The notes beneath the pieces were generated by a model. That model saw nothing but the letters and a program-made list of their open reading frames with translations. It made no database searches and had not been told where the DNA came from. A stretch of DNA of 64,000 nucleotides from contig JAKMXF010000166.1 in assembly GCA_024704765.1 (NCBI GenBank), forward strand, positions 62,001 to 126,000, in the 5' to 3' direction. The stretch is from Oopsacas minuta (taxonomy: Eukaryota; Animalia; Porifera). The number at the start of each line of letters is the position of its first letter. The stretch's first letter is position 1. Made by a program: the position numbers and the translations under genes. Positions 36,501-49,783 of the stretch are shown here, in pieces.

Positions 36501-39272
36501 ATCAGAATGTTGCAAGGAGAGTGAACCACTTCCTACATATTGTATTGTGATTGTTTCGTAGTTACAAGCTCGTCAAGACAAAACTCAAATTTGGAACAAT
36601 AATAAAACTTGCATTCAGCAGATGCTCGAAAGTAGGGCGCATTTATTTTTCGGCTAGAAGACTTTTAAAACCAATAATTGTTAAATTTAAGAACACATGC
36701 TGGATATATTTTAGATATTTTGTTGCTAAACACAGCTGTCCGATCTCTATTCAACATATCTCTACCTTGTATATCGATAAAATGAATACTATCCCATTCA
36801 GCAATCTCAAGAAGAAATTCCCCATTGACGTTTGACTCTGGTGTCATAAGAAATACATCAGATTTATCAGATAACGGGGGGCTATTTGGTCATTAACTGT
36901 ATTTGAGATAATATTGTTGCATTTGATAGGATCTTCATCTTCAAAATCCTCATCAACACGAAGATGAGGAGTATTTTTCAGAGCCAGGGGTTGGTGACAA
37001 TCCGGGGAAATTTCTATTCCGCATATCCTAGCATTAATGCAATTAGTATAGAGAGCTTTAAATGCCTCAATACCAATACAGGAAAACTGGTCTCGCAATT
37101 TGACTACCCAATGAATAAATAAATTCATCTCATCTTTGGTCAGAAGCAAGTACTTATTCTCAAACAAAATAGTTGATTTACAATCGATTTTATGTAGAAC
37201 TTTCCATATTAGCAACATGGCTGTCTGCTCAATGACTTGATGTTCATACTGCCTTTTTGGAAAATTATTTACGAATCAACTACACTACAAATTCAATGCT
37301 TTCAAATTCCCAAAAACATTCGTAAGAATTTGGACTCCGATAACGGTAAAAGTTACAACCATCAATTCACAACTGAGCCTGGTGATTGTTGTAATAATAA
37401 TATTCGACTAAACTACTACTATCATTACATCCGCAAAGGTCAATACTGTATTGCTCATCTCTCAAATCATAGTAATGAGATGGGTCTGATGCAGCTGAAG
37501 ACCAAATTACCATTAGCCTATCATCTAACAAATCCTGTTCAATTGACTCCCAACATGTTCATTCATGATTATCATGAAAAGAACACGCAGATTCCAGGCA
37601 ATGGGCAATATCTCGATAAATTGTGGCAGTTTGAAGAGATAGCAAATCCACTATTGAGAAAGAGTCGAGACTATAACTCACAATCAATGATTTGGTTGTA
37701 CTTTGTGGAGGTGGTGGACATAGAGAAAGCGATTTATACGGTATGAAATCTATAGATGGCTGAGGCGAGACTGATAGATCGATTATTCGCTCGAATAACA
37801 CACGTATATTGTGTGAATTATTTTTCCATTTCAAATAAATAGATTTTCGTTGAGCCGGATTATTGCGGCCATGTAGTTTTTTACAAATAATGCCCCAAAT
37901 AGAATCACTAACGCTAGGACCAACAGAAAGTGAACTCGCAACCTCTTTGTATGAATTGAAAGTGGATTCGATATATAAGAGTAACAGCTGAAGGTCTCGT
38001 GGAACTAAAAAAGGAACATAAAAATACTATATACGCCGTACTCACCAGAAAACGTGCTAAGATAAATCTAACCTTTGTTATAGCAATTGATTATTACACA
38101 TCAAGCACGTGTCCGACGAGACGGAAATAATTTAAATAGGAAGAAAAGGAAGTTACATTTTGAAATATTGATTCCACTTGAAGTAATGAAACTATTTGGT
38201 TCCATTGAAGGAGGGTCGAAACGAAAGTATGATTCTAAATGTGGAGAAAATAATACAATCTTTGATATAGGGAAGAATTTAGATACCTTTTTCCTCGAAT
38301 AGTAGGTAGCCTTTCTTCGAATAATCGCACCCCTGAAGGAACCTGGAAATATATTATAGTCCCGGAGTACTATTCAAGAAAAACTGTATATTGAAAATAG
38401 ACAACAAACCTAAGTCAATAAGACTTGTATTAGAGTTTGGAATTGTAGAATCGTGAAAGATTTTTTAATGAAAGTGATAAAAATAAAAGAGTTGGTTAAT
38501 CAATGGATGAAATATAAGATAATATTGATACAAATACCAAAGGACTATTTCAAGAGGTTTATACTTCAGCAACAGTGTTTTGTATTTCAAATGGGGAAGT
38601 TATCATGTGAATATGTATATTATTAGAATGATTTCATGGTAAATCTAACATTAGTTGATTAAGTCATTGAAATTTAGCAAATAACTCCGAATTATTCATT
38701 TCTACTAGACATTTAAACTTTGATTATTATTTAATCTATTTTGGAATATATGGAAAGTAAATACTATGGCATTAATTGAAAGCATATTCTGATCTTTGAG
38801 TAATTCATAATGAGTCAACTGAGATCAAATAGTTGATATTGCAGTAATCTATATGCGTTACTATAGTTAGAATGGATTAGAATGTTTCATTAAATTTGTG
38901 TGCTTAGTACAAATCTAATAGAAACTTGATTCTAACAAGCCAGTTTTGAAATGTAAATATTTCAAAAGTTTTGCTTATTTTACCATAATATTTTAAACAC
39001 ATAAACGTCCATACAGCAGGAATACATGCCCATGATTTCAGGAAAAAATAATTTGTTTAAGTATACTAAATTCATATGTGAACAACTGCTGGTTAGATAC
39101 ACCAATTTCTATTAGAAAAAATTAAAGTTTATAAAGTATAAATATATTTTCAGAAACGTCCGTGTCTCTTCTTTCGAATGGCCTAAAAATATTTACATTC
39201 TGACTATGGGAAGTTGGTCAAATTAATGGTTGAAGTACTGCTGGTCGAATATTCAGCCAACTTCACACTTGT
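33544..39272 (-). mobile_element. NOF/Rehavkus-like Mutator (MULE) transposon, 5729 bp
   Basis: ~443-bp TIRs at 33544-33986 and 38831-39272 with only scattered mismatches; perfect 9-bp TSD CTAATATAG at 33535-33543 and 39273-39281; NOF-like transposase inside. Confidence 0.92.
34187..38210 (-). pseudogene. NOF-FB-like MULE transposase with C-terminal OTU-like cysteine protease domain
   Basis: N-terminal SDSIWGIICKKL..KSIYLKWKNN; CVLKFNNYW..C..C region; catalytic LHLDATGS, PVAEMISSD, IDYSWALI and HLCSAH (35404-36237); NANAENWFRIVK..RAGDFI (34889-35323). OTU-like tail PGGGNC*FSSLA..WGGDLELF..HYEPV (34187-34792). The 5' boundary is approximate. Confidence 0.82.
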
Positions 39273-40372
39273 CTAATATAGACTATTCAAATTCACAATT
39301 TTTCTCGATATTTTGGCATAAATAGCCGAAATCCACACTATACAATATTGAATAAATTTATACTAAGAAATTTATATCAAACAAACGATAACATCGTATA
39401 TTTATGTTAAATATGTAAGAAATATCAAGAAATTTAGGGACCGCGGAGGTCGCAATAGTAAAATCGTGTTTAAAGATCATTTGGAGGGTCGATATGAATC
39501 TAACTAGACTCAGCATAGACGGGTAACTTGATAGGGTTATGACTAAATTTACGAATGGAATATTGTACAGTCCTATGTTTTCGCTGAGCCGCTAGGGAAA
39601 AAAATTGTTTCCAAATATGGTCAAGTGACCTTTTTTATTGCTGGAAATTTGATGCTGAGTACGAACCTGGTGGTTAGAAGTTGATTCAGTGAAATTATGA
39701 AAAGGTTGACCCATGGGGGATACATCGCCGAATTAGCAGACTACAGCAATTTCAAATGCTATTTGGGATCGAAAATGTATCCGTTCAACGTTAGGCGGTG
39801 GAAAATGTTAATGCCAGGCTCTTGAAGATTACGTAGTATATACATATTGGTGCTTTTGTGCCATTCCGATCCTCAAGCCACCTGACTATATGTTTATAAT
39901 ATCTAATATCACTTCCAATTTGATCTTGACATGAGATATGTGTATTTATACGATGGCATTTTCATAGGTCACGATTCCTTAGTCTGATTTCATAGCATAC
40001 TATACATATGACCTCACAATATCTTGTGAATCTTATATAGGGTATTCGGCTGCGGGATTTATATGTGGTTCCTATATTGCAGCAACTGTGCATTTTTCCC
40101 CGAATAATATTAATACACATTCGTAGAATACATTAAACTATCGTATGCAAAAAATCCAGCAATGTGCCAAAATATTTGTCTCGTAAGCATTTATTTTGGT
40201 CATTGTTTGATAGTTTATGATGGTCCGTACAACACTAAATATTGCATTTCTCTTCCCATTTAATGCTAAGTCATCACACATTTTACAATTCTGGTGACAT
40301 TATCGTGATCCACCAATGCTATACTTTCGAATAATTACAAGTTATATTCTCTAGCTATACTGACAGTCGATC

Positions 40373-43300
40373 GATCGGCGTAACGTTAGAGGTGGCACCC
40401 CAAAGGCGCCACCCCAGGTTTTGTGACAATTTTTGAGTTGATGCCGCTTCAAACGAAAAAGTAATTCATTCAAATATATGTAAACCCCTCCAAGTTGTCA
40501 CATATCAGTCATCAGATACTGCCATCATTCTACAGTCTCTCAGAAATTCAATGTTATAACTGTCTGATATTAATTGTGAAATTGCCTATAACTCACCTTT
40601 CCTTGACGAATGAGCGTTTTGTAACACCACTCAGCCCATGGCAAGCAATTACCCTTAATTGGTTCATCAAAGTTATGGCTTCAAATCAATGTACCAATAT
40701 ACTATAAATATATATATATATGTATACTCGTCGTCACAACTTTAAAATTTACAACACTGGCTACCAGCAGATCTTTAAAGAGGAATGGAGGTTCCGGTAC
40801 GAATCAGCCCTTCTATAATTGTGAGCTTCGGCACGAAAAAGGCAAGGCTCAATCATAGCATTCTATACACTAAGGCAATGGTACCGATTAATGGACTTGG
40901 ACCAGGGATTGGGTAAGTCAGTTCTAAGGAAATAATGGAGATATATTAGTTGCGATAAATTTCAACGGTACATTTTGGCCGGAATATATAAATTATTGAT
41001 ATTTGACATTACTCACACTCTACATCTACAAACTATTTTCAGGCCAAAATGACGTCATCTGTTTGCTTAGTTAGCAAATATGTCAGAAAAATGCTCCTGT
41101 TTTGAAACTACGTAGAGAGGAAATTAATACATTTACGGTTTCAAATTTTTACCATAGAGTATACGGGTGTTGTTGTACAAAATATCAAATTTTTGTCATT
41201 ATAAAGTTCCCGCGTTCCAGAGTTATAGTAGTGACCGTGGGTCGCATATTTGAGCCAATATTCATCCATAACTTGACATCTTCAATGTTGCTGCCAGACA
41301 AACCTGCACACATATAGTATATAGCCGACTTCCCATACCCTAATAATACATTTTGGTATGACATCTCTAAAGAATAATGCGCAGTCATCATTAATACCAT
41401 ATATGGTCATTTTCAACATTGCTTCATAATCATCAGAGATATTATATCAAGATGTATTATTAGGGTATGGGAAGTCGAGTATATACTATATGTGTGTAGG
41501 TTTGTCTGGCAGCAACATTGAAGATGCCAAGTTATGGATGAATATTGGCTCAAATATGCGACCCACGGTCACTACTATAACTCTGGAACGCGGGAACTTT
41601 ATAATGACAAAAATTTGATATTTTGTACAACAACACCCGTATACTCTATGGTAAAAATTTGAAACCGTAAATGTATTAATTTCCTCTCTACGTAGTTTCA
41701 AAACAGGAGCATTTTTCTGACATATTTGCTAACTAAGCAAACAGATGACGTCATTTTGGCCTGAAAATAGTTTGTAGATGTAGAGTGTGAGCAATGTCAA
41801 ATATCAATAATTTATATATTCCGGCCAAAATGTACCGTTGAAATTTATCGCAACTAATATATCTCCATTATTTCCTTAGAACTGACTTACCCAATCCCTG
41901 GTCCAAGTCCATTAATCAGCATCATTGCATTAGTGTATAGAATGCTATGGCTCAATAATCCAGAGTTTTCCAGTGAGACTACTGGTGTTGTCGGCTTGGA
42001 AGCTGATTTATCTTTCCCTAAAGAGCAAGATATGCCATGCTTATCATTGGTGATGCCCAAGTCCCAAAGTGGTCACTCCATTCAAAAGCAGTGGTTTGCA
42101 GAAAATTCGTGGCTTAAGATGTGTAACTACAGGAAATCATTATTTTGCATCATTGTCACTGGGCTTTTGAGAATCACCATATCCAACATTCGGATTTAAC
42201 CAATGGCTCTAACAATCCTTGGAAGAATAAGCTCTCTGGGTTTTCCGCATTCAAAAAGGGGAAAGCTGGGCTGGACAAGCATGTGAATAGTGGAATTCGC
42301 AAGACAGCTGAGTATGCCATGAACAGTACCAAGCATGCCGCTCGACAAAAAGTTTGAAGGCTATCTTTGAAGCCGTGAGGTTGTGTGGGCACCAGTGTAT
42401 CCGATGCGGGGTCACAGAGACTAAGATGTCTCAGCAAATTTCAACTGGATTGTAAATGTTTATAGCCAAATTTAATCCTTAAGTAAAGAGGAACTTGTAG
42501 TCAGATCTCAAGCAGAGGTTCTTTCAACCACAAATACAGAACGAAATTTTAAAGGATCTGGCCCACACTCTGCTGAGAAACCTTATTGCAAGAATTCGTG
42601 CCAAGTTTGTAGGTCGGTCAAAATAAACTACAGACATAAACAGAATTGAACAAGTTGCGATAGGCGTGCGTTTCTGCAACAAAGACATGGAAAGCGAAGA
42701 GGTGTTTATTTGATTTCATCAGACATCCATGACTGATGCTAGTACCATGCTCAAACTTATCAAGGATTTTATGCTGACACTTGGGCTTCCTTTCTCTGGT
42801 ATTCGGAGTCAAGGCTACGACAGGGCATCCAATATGTCTGGCAGAGAAAACGGGTTGCAAGCTAAGGTTTTGACTGAAAATCCTAAAGCCTTTTACCTAT
42901 ACTACTTTGGGCATCAACTCAATTTGGTTGTCCAAAATTCCTTGAAAGCAATCCCAGAAGTAGCAATCGCTCTGGGAGGTATGTACGCTGTGGCTCAATT
43001 CATCAAGAACTCGCCTAATAAATGGGACAGATTTAACAGCATCGTAAACTTTATATCCGCTGATGACTTGTCATCCCCAAAAGACAACCACATGCCGCGC
43101 CCTATCTGCACAACCCGATGGGTCATGAGGTTGACCGCAGTTGATACTTCTCTAGATCACTACCACGAAATTCTCGAGTGTCTTGAGTCTATTAAGGATG
43201 ATTATGCTGAACCTGCCAACAATAGAGAGAAAGCTGACTCCTTTCTGCGCAACCACGAGACTTTCAAGACTACTTCTACCACAGAGTAATTCAAAAAGTT

Positions 43301-44261
43301 CTACAGGCTACTAATCCCATCCCTGTCCAATTTCAAGGAAAAGGAGCAACTGTAAGACAGGTAAAAAACTGGGCCAACACTCTAATCTTTACCCTCACGG
43401 CTGAATGGTAGGGTCATTCAAATTAAGACGAGCTGTACGAGGCTGTAAAGACACTGACAACGAAAGAATTCCACTCACTGCCTAGGGCGAACCGTACACG
43501 TGTTAGCTATAAAATTTGACTATGTAACTGACTAACAGATCAAGGACTTCTATACATCCATCTACAGGTCTGTTATAGAGGTGGGTGCGAAAGCTCTAAT
43601 CGACCGGTAATCCAAAAAACGATCTCTCTACAGTCGAGTTGTTACGGAGGTGCTTGAAAGATGACAGAAAGACCGATGAGGATATCACAACACTGGCAGA
43701 ATACTATAATGTGTACATCGATCTCAGTCAACTCTTGTTTGAGAGAAATACCTGGTTCGCTCGATGCAAGTGTATGAATATAATGAGGCAAACATTTCGA
43801 CTCTTAGAAAAACATTTACTGAGGAAGATTCACTGAAATTTCTGATGCCTAATCTCCATATGTTGTGTGTGATATATGTGTGCCTACCTGTGACGATATG
43901 CGAAGCTGACAGAACCTTTAGTAGCTGCGTAGAATACACACATACCTCTGAGACTCACCGACTCAACAAAAGTTGAACCACTTCTCTATACTGGCAGCAC
44001 ATAGGGATGTGGCGAAGATGCTGGATGAGTGTCCTATCATCAACGAGTTCATCGAGAGCACAACTAAAAGGGGTAACATATATGGCCAGTGGTAGGCAGT
44101 TTGATTTTCTAAATTTCAGTTTTGGTACCTCACATCTATAATCTACTTGTGTGGCCTTAATAAATATATAGCAATAAGCAATTGTGTTCGTGTAACGCGA
44201 GATGAAAAGCGAATCTTGCCACCCCAGATTGTTCTCTGTTTCTTAAAACGTTACGCCTATG
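40373..44261 (+). mobile_element. Decayed hAT (TTF/DUF4371/hATC type) with CATAGGCGTAACGTT-type ends
   Basis: Right end AACGTTACGCCTATG; degenerate left end GATCGGCGTAACGTT. Transposase remnants at ~41960-44090 (KQWFAENSWL, SQGYDRASNMSG, GHQLNL, CTTRW, PVTICEADRTFS). No TSD recovered. Confidence 0.75.
40854..41949. mobile_element. Foldback non-autonomous element with CATAG termini (P-like), 1096 bp
   Basis: ~498-bp arms (40854-41351 and 41452-41949) that are nearly identical, with a ~100-bp spacer; perfect 7-bp TSD GCTCAAT; inserted in the hAT remnant. Confidence 0.92.
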
Positions 44262-44369
44262 CGACGAGAGTTATTTAATTAATCGTGTAATGGTAAAGTT
44301 ATATTCTGAAGGATCTCTTTCAACTCTTCATACAGATGGTAAGAGTGCTTATAGTGGTAATGTATCTTG

Positions 44370-44790
44370 GTGTGAGTCCTTGATATTGGACTTAGTACTT
44401 CTCAAGTAAAATAGATAACGTATGCTACTATCCTGAATAATTGATTTCCTACTGACATATTATTTGCCATTGTTACCATAGTGGAGCGGAATAATTTGTG
44501 TTCAATTAGTACACCATGTTATGTTTTAACAGACAGCAACGCTAGTGTTGAAAAACTGATTTAGGATAGTGAAGCACAGCATTTATACTTCTGAAACAAG
44601 AATGAGAGCAGCTGATTTCATTAGGTCAATTTATGTAAATAGAGCATAGGCTGCATGTACATTTGCTTTTATGCCATTTCCAAACAAATTATTTAAAACG
44701 AAAAGAAAAATGTAAGTAGAAAATCAATAAATTGTAAGGAGGAATGGTCTCAAAGGACAAAGACCAAACATAGCTATATAAGGATATTTG
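44370..44790 (+). pseudogene. Second, more decayed NOF/Rehavkus-like transposase remnant
   Basis: Manual translation YLPLLP*WSGII..DSNASVEK*FRIVKHSI..RMRAADFIRS..EEWSQR aligns with YMPIVTLWTGII..SNANAENWFRIVKHPI..LRAGDFIRT..EKWCRR of ORF 34889-35323. Confidence 0.7.
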
Positions 44791-46978
44791 TAAAAGGTTG
44801 AACTTAAAATTATACAGTTCATTAGTTTTTCTGGATATGAAGTACTACAAATTTACAGTAATTTTAATACTGCTTACATTATTTCTTATGGCAAGTTTGA
44901 ATGGAGAGACCTGGCGTTAACGATGCACACTACATCCGCGAGTGTAATTGTTCTTCCATAATTTAGTAGTTTCGTTTGCTGTAAATATTTACATATATGT
45001 ATAAATAGTGTATCTTGTACAAAGTACAGGACATAAGTTGGCATAGGGGAACACGTTGCATGATCTCAGATTGCTAGATGAGATTTTATATTTTCTGTTT
45101 ATGCAAGTAGTGTGTAATATATGTAAGTACAGTCAGGTGTTTAGACATTGGTAAGACAGTTCAAGAAATCATATAGGTCAATATGTTTCTGATTGTGTAA
45201 TATAATCAGTCACGAAGAGGAAGTTTTCATACAGTAAAAATTGGAATCATTCATTGCAGAATTTATACTGATATTTGTATATTGCTTTAGTGTTAAATGG
45301 TAAAATAGCTCTAATTACTATCTCTAAATTAATCTCAGGACCATCTTGAGGAAGATATTGTATAATATGAGAGTGGTATAATACAATAATATTAATCATT
45401 TATGATATCACATAAGTAATGTTTATCAACTCTTTTTGTGTGTGGGTTAACTACAAAGAAGTCCCTAAATTTAATAATTGGTTGCAATTGGAACTATAAC
45501 AAGTATGATGATATGACTTCCTATACATGCCAATAATCTAGGCAAGTCTTGCATAGTCTTACAAGTTTAGTCTGTGCAATAATTACGATACGAAGCAACT
45601 GAGGAAAATTGAGAAATAAATTAAAATAAATTAAAAAATCATAGAAAAGTACTAGCGACCCCCCTTGTTTTTTTCGGAAATATAATTATAAGATACGAAA
45701 GAACGCATCAATAAACTTTGAAGGGGTTCTGAAGAGAAATTACTTCAAGAATTGCCCTCAAAGTTAGAATTCATTATACACAAGATCCTGAGTATTTATC
45801 GATTTTTGCTAGCCGTTGCTGGTGATAAATTTGTGTTTCACGAAAATATCGATATTGTTATACACCTCTATATCTCAACTATTGATTAGCATAAAAAATA
45901 ATCGAAATTCAGTCGGATTGAGGGTAAGGGTCACAACCGAGTCTATAATATTTTTATGAAATTTCATTTTCATTAACGTTCATATGAACAAAGTATGCAT
46001 AAAAAATTTCAGATTCGAATTGACTTTTATGTGGGTAAATTCAAGGGAGTCGTGACCCTAAAATTTTTAATCAAAATGTGTCTAGAAGTAGATAATTTTA
46101 CAATCCAAACATATTGCGTAAACGTCCAACTCTCCTCATTCCAATTATATAATTTAAGTGAGTCAAATTAGCGATGAAGTGATCCTAGTTGAATAGTCTG
46201 CTAAATTCTTCGTTTAATTTTTCAAAAATATATTTCAAAGGTAATAAATATTTGTGAAAGAAATTTCAAACATATAATCCACCAACCCTCAATAGTATGT
46301 AGAAGAAAACTTATATCAAAATAATGATGAGAAGCCTATGAAATACCTCATTATAGTTGAAACGTTTAGAAAATTTAGCATTTAAACTAAGTCATCATAT
46401 ATTTTCAATTTTGATTACATTTTCGTAATCCACCAACGCTATACTTTCGAATAATACAAAGTTTTTTTCTCTAGTTGTACGAACAGTCGATCAAATACAC
46501 GATTGAAGTGAACACGTTTATATGATTCGAATTGGCTGCCGACTTCTTCTTCGTCCTCATGTTATCATCAAATTCACAAATGTGATGTAATTGATCACAT
46601 ATTCCACTTTTAGAAAATATTTTCAGGTCAAAAAGAAGTCTTGTGATTGCCTAATTGGTTGATATGTTGGAAAATTACTCCAAATTTGTAGCACTGTAGA
46701 ACGCATAATGTTTATCTTTGATTTCAAATTTCTATTATTTAATATTCGAATAATAGTTTTATACACAATATCAAATATTTTCATGATAAAAGTTGGCAAG
46801 TTCTTGAGCTACATCAGAGACCATGGATTTCACTTATTACTCGATTATGGCCAATTTAAGATAACAAATTTATATTATATACCTAACTTTCCATTCCCTA
46901 ATAATACATTTGATATTATATCTCTGAAGATGGGGAGCTGTATTTGTCAGATTTTAGCAGTTGGCATCTGTTTGAATA

Positions 46979-47164
46979 CTTGTGACTGTCACTTGTCCGA
47001 ATCGATATTTGAGTTAACTGTGACTTATCCCAATCGATATTTAGATTAACTGTCACTTGTCCGAACTCTAAAGGGATGTTCCAACGATTAGCATTCACGA
47101 AAATATCGATCCGGACAAGTGACAGTTGGCCCAAATATCGATTCGGATAAGTGACAGTCACGAG
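46979..47164. mobile_element. TA-flanked palindromic MITE with tandem subterminal repeats, 186 bp
   Basis: TA|CT(T/C)GTGACTGTCACTT(G/A)TCCGAATCGATATTTG inverted at both ends; internal ~32-bp TGTCACTTGTCCGAATCGATATTT units. Confidence 0.75.
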
Positions 47165-48464
47165 TATCCTGACAAATCCATGCACCTCCTGAAGAGTCTT
47201 GCGCAATCTTAAAATGACCATAAATGAATATATTCAGGATTACATCGCGATGTTACGAGATATCATATCAAAATGTATTGATAAGGTATGGTTAGTTGGG
47301 TATGTACTATATATTTGCTATCTTGATTTGGCCAGATTGTAACGATTATCGAGTTATTAGTCAGCCATAACTCAAGAACTATTTAACTACATTATGACAA
47401 TTTTCTGATATTTATTTTTTAAATAATTCGAATTTTTCATAATTGAACTTTGATTTCAAATATTCATATGAGGAGTTTTACTGTGTTTCAAAGTTGGATC
47501 ATTATTTCCAACATATCAGCCTATTAAGCAATCACCAGTGGCGCATCCAGGGGGAAATATCGCCCACCAGGAAAAATTTACCTGATATGAAATTATAGTG
47601 TAATTGGAATATCATATCATTACATTGGAATATTGGCTCAAATTGCAAGCAGTAAAATTTCGGCTCACTTCGCTCGCATCTTTACCATAACTTCATGTTA
47701 TATTACCTTATGCTCAAGGATACATCTTTTGTTAATCTGCGGATAGAATTTCGTGAGCTTAAACGCTGCTATATACAATTATCATGAGAAAGACAACACC
47801 TAATTTGTTTATTGAACGTGGGTCCAATTTGAGACAAAACTAATACGTAGCTAGTAAGTTAAAACTAGCGCGTTTTGCTTGCTATCTCGTTTGCAACAGG
47901 CAGAAGTATCCTTGAGCTAAGTCCCTTGTTTTAGCATAATTTGAAACAGCTACATTTCTTAGTGCTTTGGGTCGCTACGCGACGCGACGCGATATACTTG
48001 ACACTACATGCCTCGAGGTTATTTTTTATTATTCATAATTCATCTAAATTCCATTGGCCTTCTGTGGTAACCTGGGGCTCCTAAGTTGCTTTTGGTTAGT
48101 AATCTCGGCACTTCATACCTCGTGTATTAAGAACTTATTAAACTTCGAAATTTTGAAAATTTTGAATTTTTGCATTTCATGATGACATAAAAATTTCATG
48201 ATGAGTCGACTATTGTTACAATGATGATGTCATGAGATTTGGCATATTGTCAGGTATCTGTGTTTAAATTTTCAATAATCTATCATTTATATTGGCTGAA
48301 CAGTGGCTAATAATGTAATTTTTGAAAATCCAAAAGGTGATAATGACGTCATAATTTCTTAATACACTCTTGACATACAAACATACCGGGTGGGCCAAAA
48401 AAAGGCCCTCCATGCACATTTCAGGGCAACTTATTAGTCAAACGAAGCAATACTGTTCTATTTA

Positions 48465-49781
48465 CAGGGTGGCTTTTAAGTTCTGTCCCATGATTTTTAA
48501 GAACCATTTTTCCATGCTGAGCCTCTGCTATTAGATATATCTTATTAGTTTACCTTATTATGATGTATTTAACATAAATATACAGTTTCAGAGTACAATT
48601 GTAGAGAAATTTCAATTTTATCAGTGATGGAACGTGAGAGGTCGGCAAATGTAGAATTATTTACAAAAGGACATCCTTCAAAGGAAATTTTGAAGATCCT
48701 GAAACTCCCTCTAAACAAGGAAATTTGTGTACCGCACTATTAGACGATACAAAGATACTTGAAGAGTTGAAGATTGGGTGAGATCAGGCCGTCCGTGCTC
48801 AGTAACTACCCCCAGCTTAGTGAAAGTCATCGCCCAGCGAATTCGCCGAAATCCTAGATGTTCCATAAGGAAAATAGCTCTAGATTTGAAGGTATCAAGA
48901 TGTGCAATTACTAAATTTGTGAAAAGGGATTTAGGGATGAGTTCATTCAAGCGTAAGAAGGTACACTTCCTTTTTCAATTGGTAAAGGAAAAAGGGTTGC
49001 AAGATGCAAAGGTGCGTTGGGCCGGTATGCTGTTGAAAATCTAGAAAAAATATTATTTTCAGATGAGAGAATATTCACTATCCAGGAGGCAACCAACGTA
49101 CAAAATGATCGTATACTTGCATCATCTCCTTCCAAAGTCGACGAGAAGTTCAGATATGTTAGCCGAATACAGAACCCAAGTCGGTGATGGTTTGGGCAGG
49201 GGTGTCAAAAATGGGCCGGACACCATTGGTTTTTGTACCACAAGGGGTAAAAATCAATTCAATTAATTATCGAGAAATGGTTTTGGTGCCAGTATTGAAG
49301 AATATAGGCCGAGACATGTTCGGAGGTACTTCATTTGTTTTCTAGCAAGACGGGGCGCCAGCACACACTTCTAATGTTACCTAGTCATGGTTACATGACA
49401 ATTTTTCTTGGTTTTATAACCAAGGTAGAATGGCCTCCTTACAGTCCTACCTGAATCTCATAGATTATTCTGTGTGGTTAATTCTCGAGACTAAAGCTTG
49501 TGTTAACTCTCACACAAGTATCAAGTCACTGAAGAGGAAACTTTGCCAAGTGTGAACTAAAATTCCCCAAAAGACCCTCCGTGCTGCTATTGAGGCGTTG
49601 CCAGATAGAGTTACACGTGTAATACAAATTGAGGGAGGCTATATTGAATAAATTTCGCGAAATATGTTTTGTCTCTGAATCATAAATTAGAACAATAAAT
49701 ATCATTACCAAGTTATATATATATATATATATATTGATATATAATAGTTTTTGCATGGGACAGAACTTAAAAGCAACCCTG
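48465..49781 (+). mobile_element. maT (DD37D) mariner-Tc1 transposon, 1317 bp
   Basis: 28-bp TIRs CAGGGT(G/T)GCTTTTAAGTTCTGTCCCATG; TA TSD. Transposase pseudogene 48627-49651 with FSDE, QDGAPAH and WPPYSP(D)LNLIDY; D-37-D spacing after repair. Confidence 0.93.
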
Positions 49782-49783
49782 TA

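Noticed and set aside
37237-37746. 169-aa plus-strand ORF inside the Mutator element as a second gene
   Set aside because: It lies antisense to the decayed transposase gene and has no recognisable motif; most likely a shadow ORF.
41102-41701. Two nearly identical 71-aa ORFs on opposite strands, resembling a duplicated gene or toxin-antitoxin pair
   Set aside because: They are the mirror arms of the 40854-41949 foldback and have no protein motif.
46982-47161. CRISPR-like spaced repeats
   Set aside because: The units are contiguous without unique spacers, occur inverted at the other end and are TA-flanked, which indicates a MITE. There are no cas genes and the context is eukaryotic.
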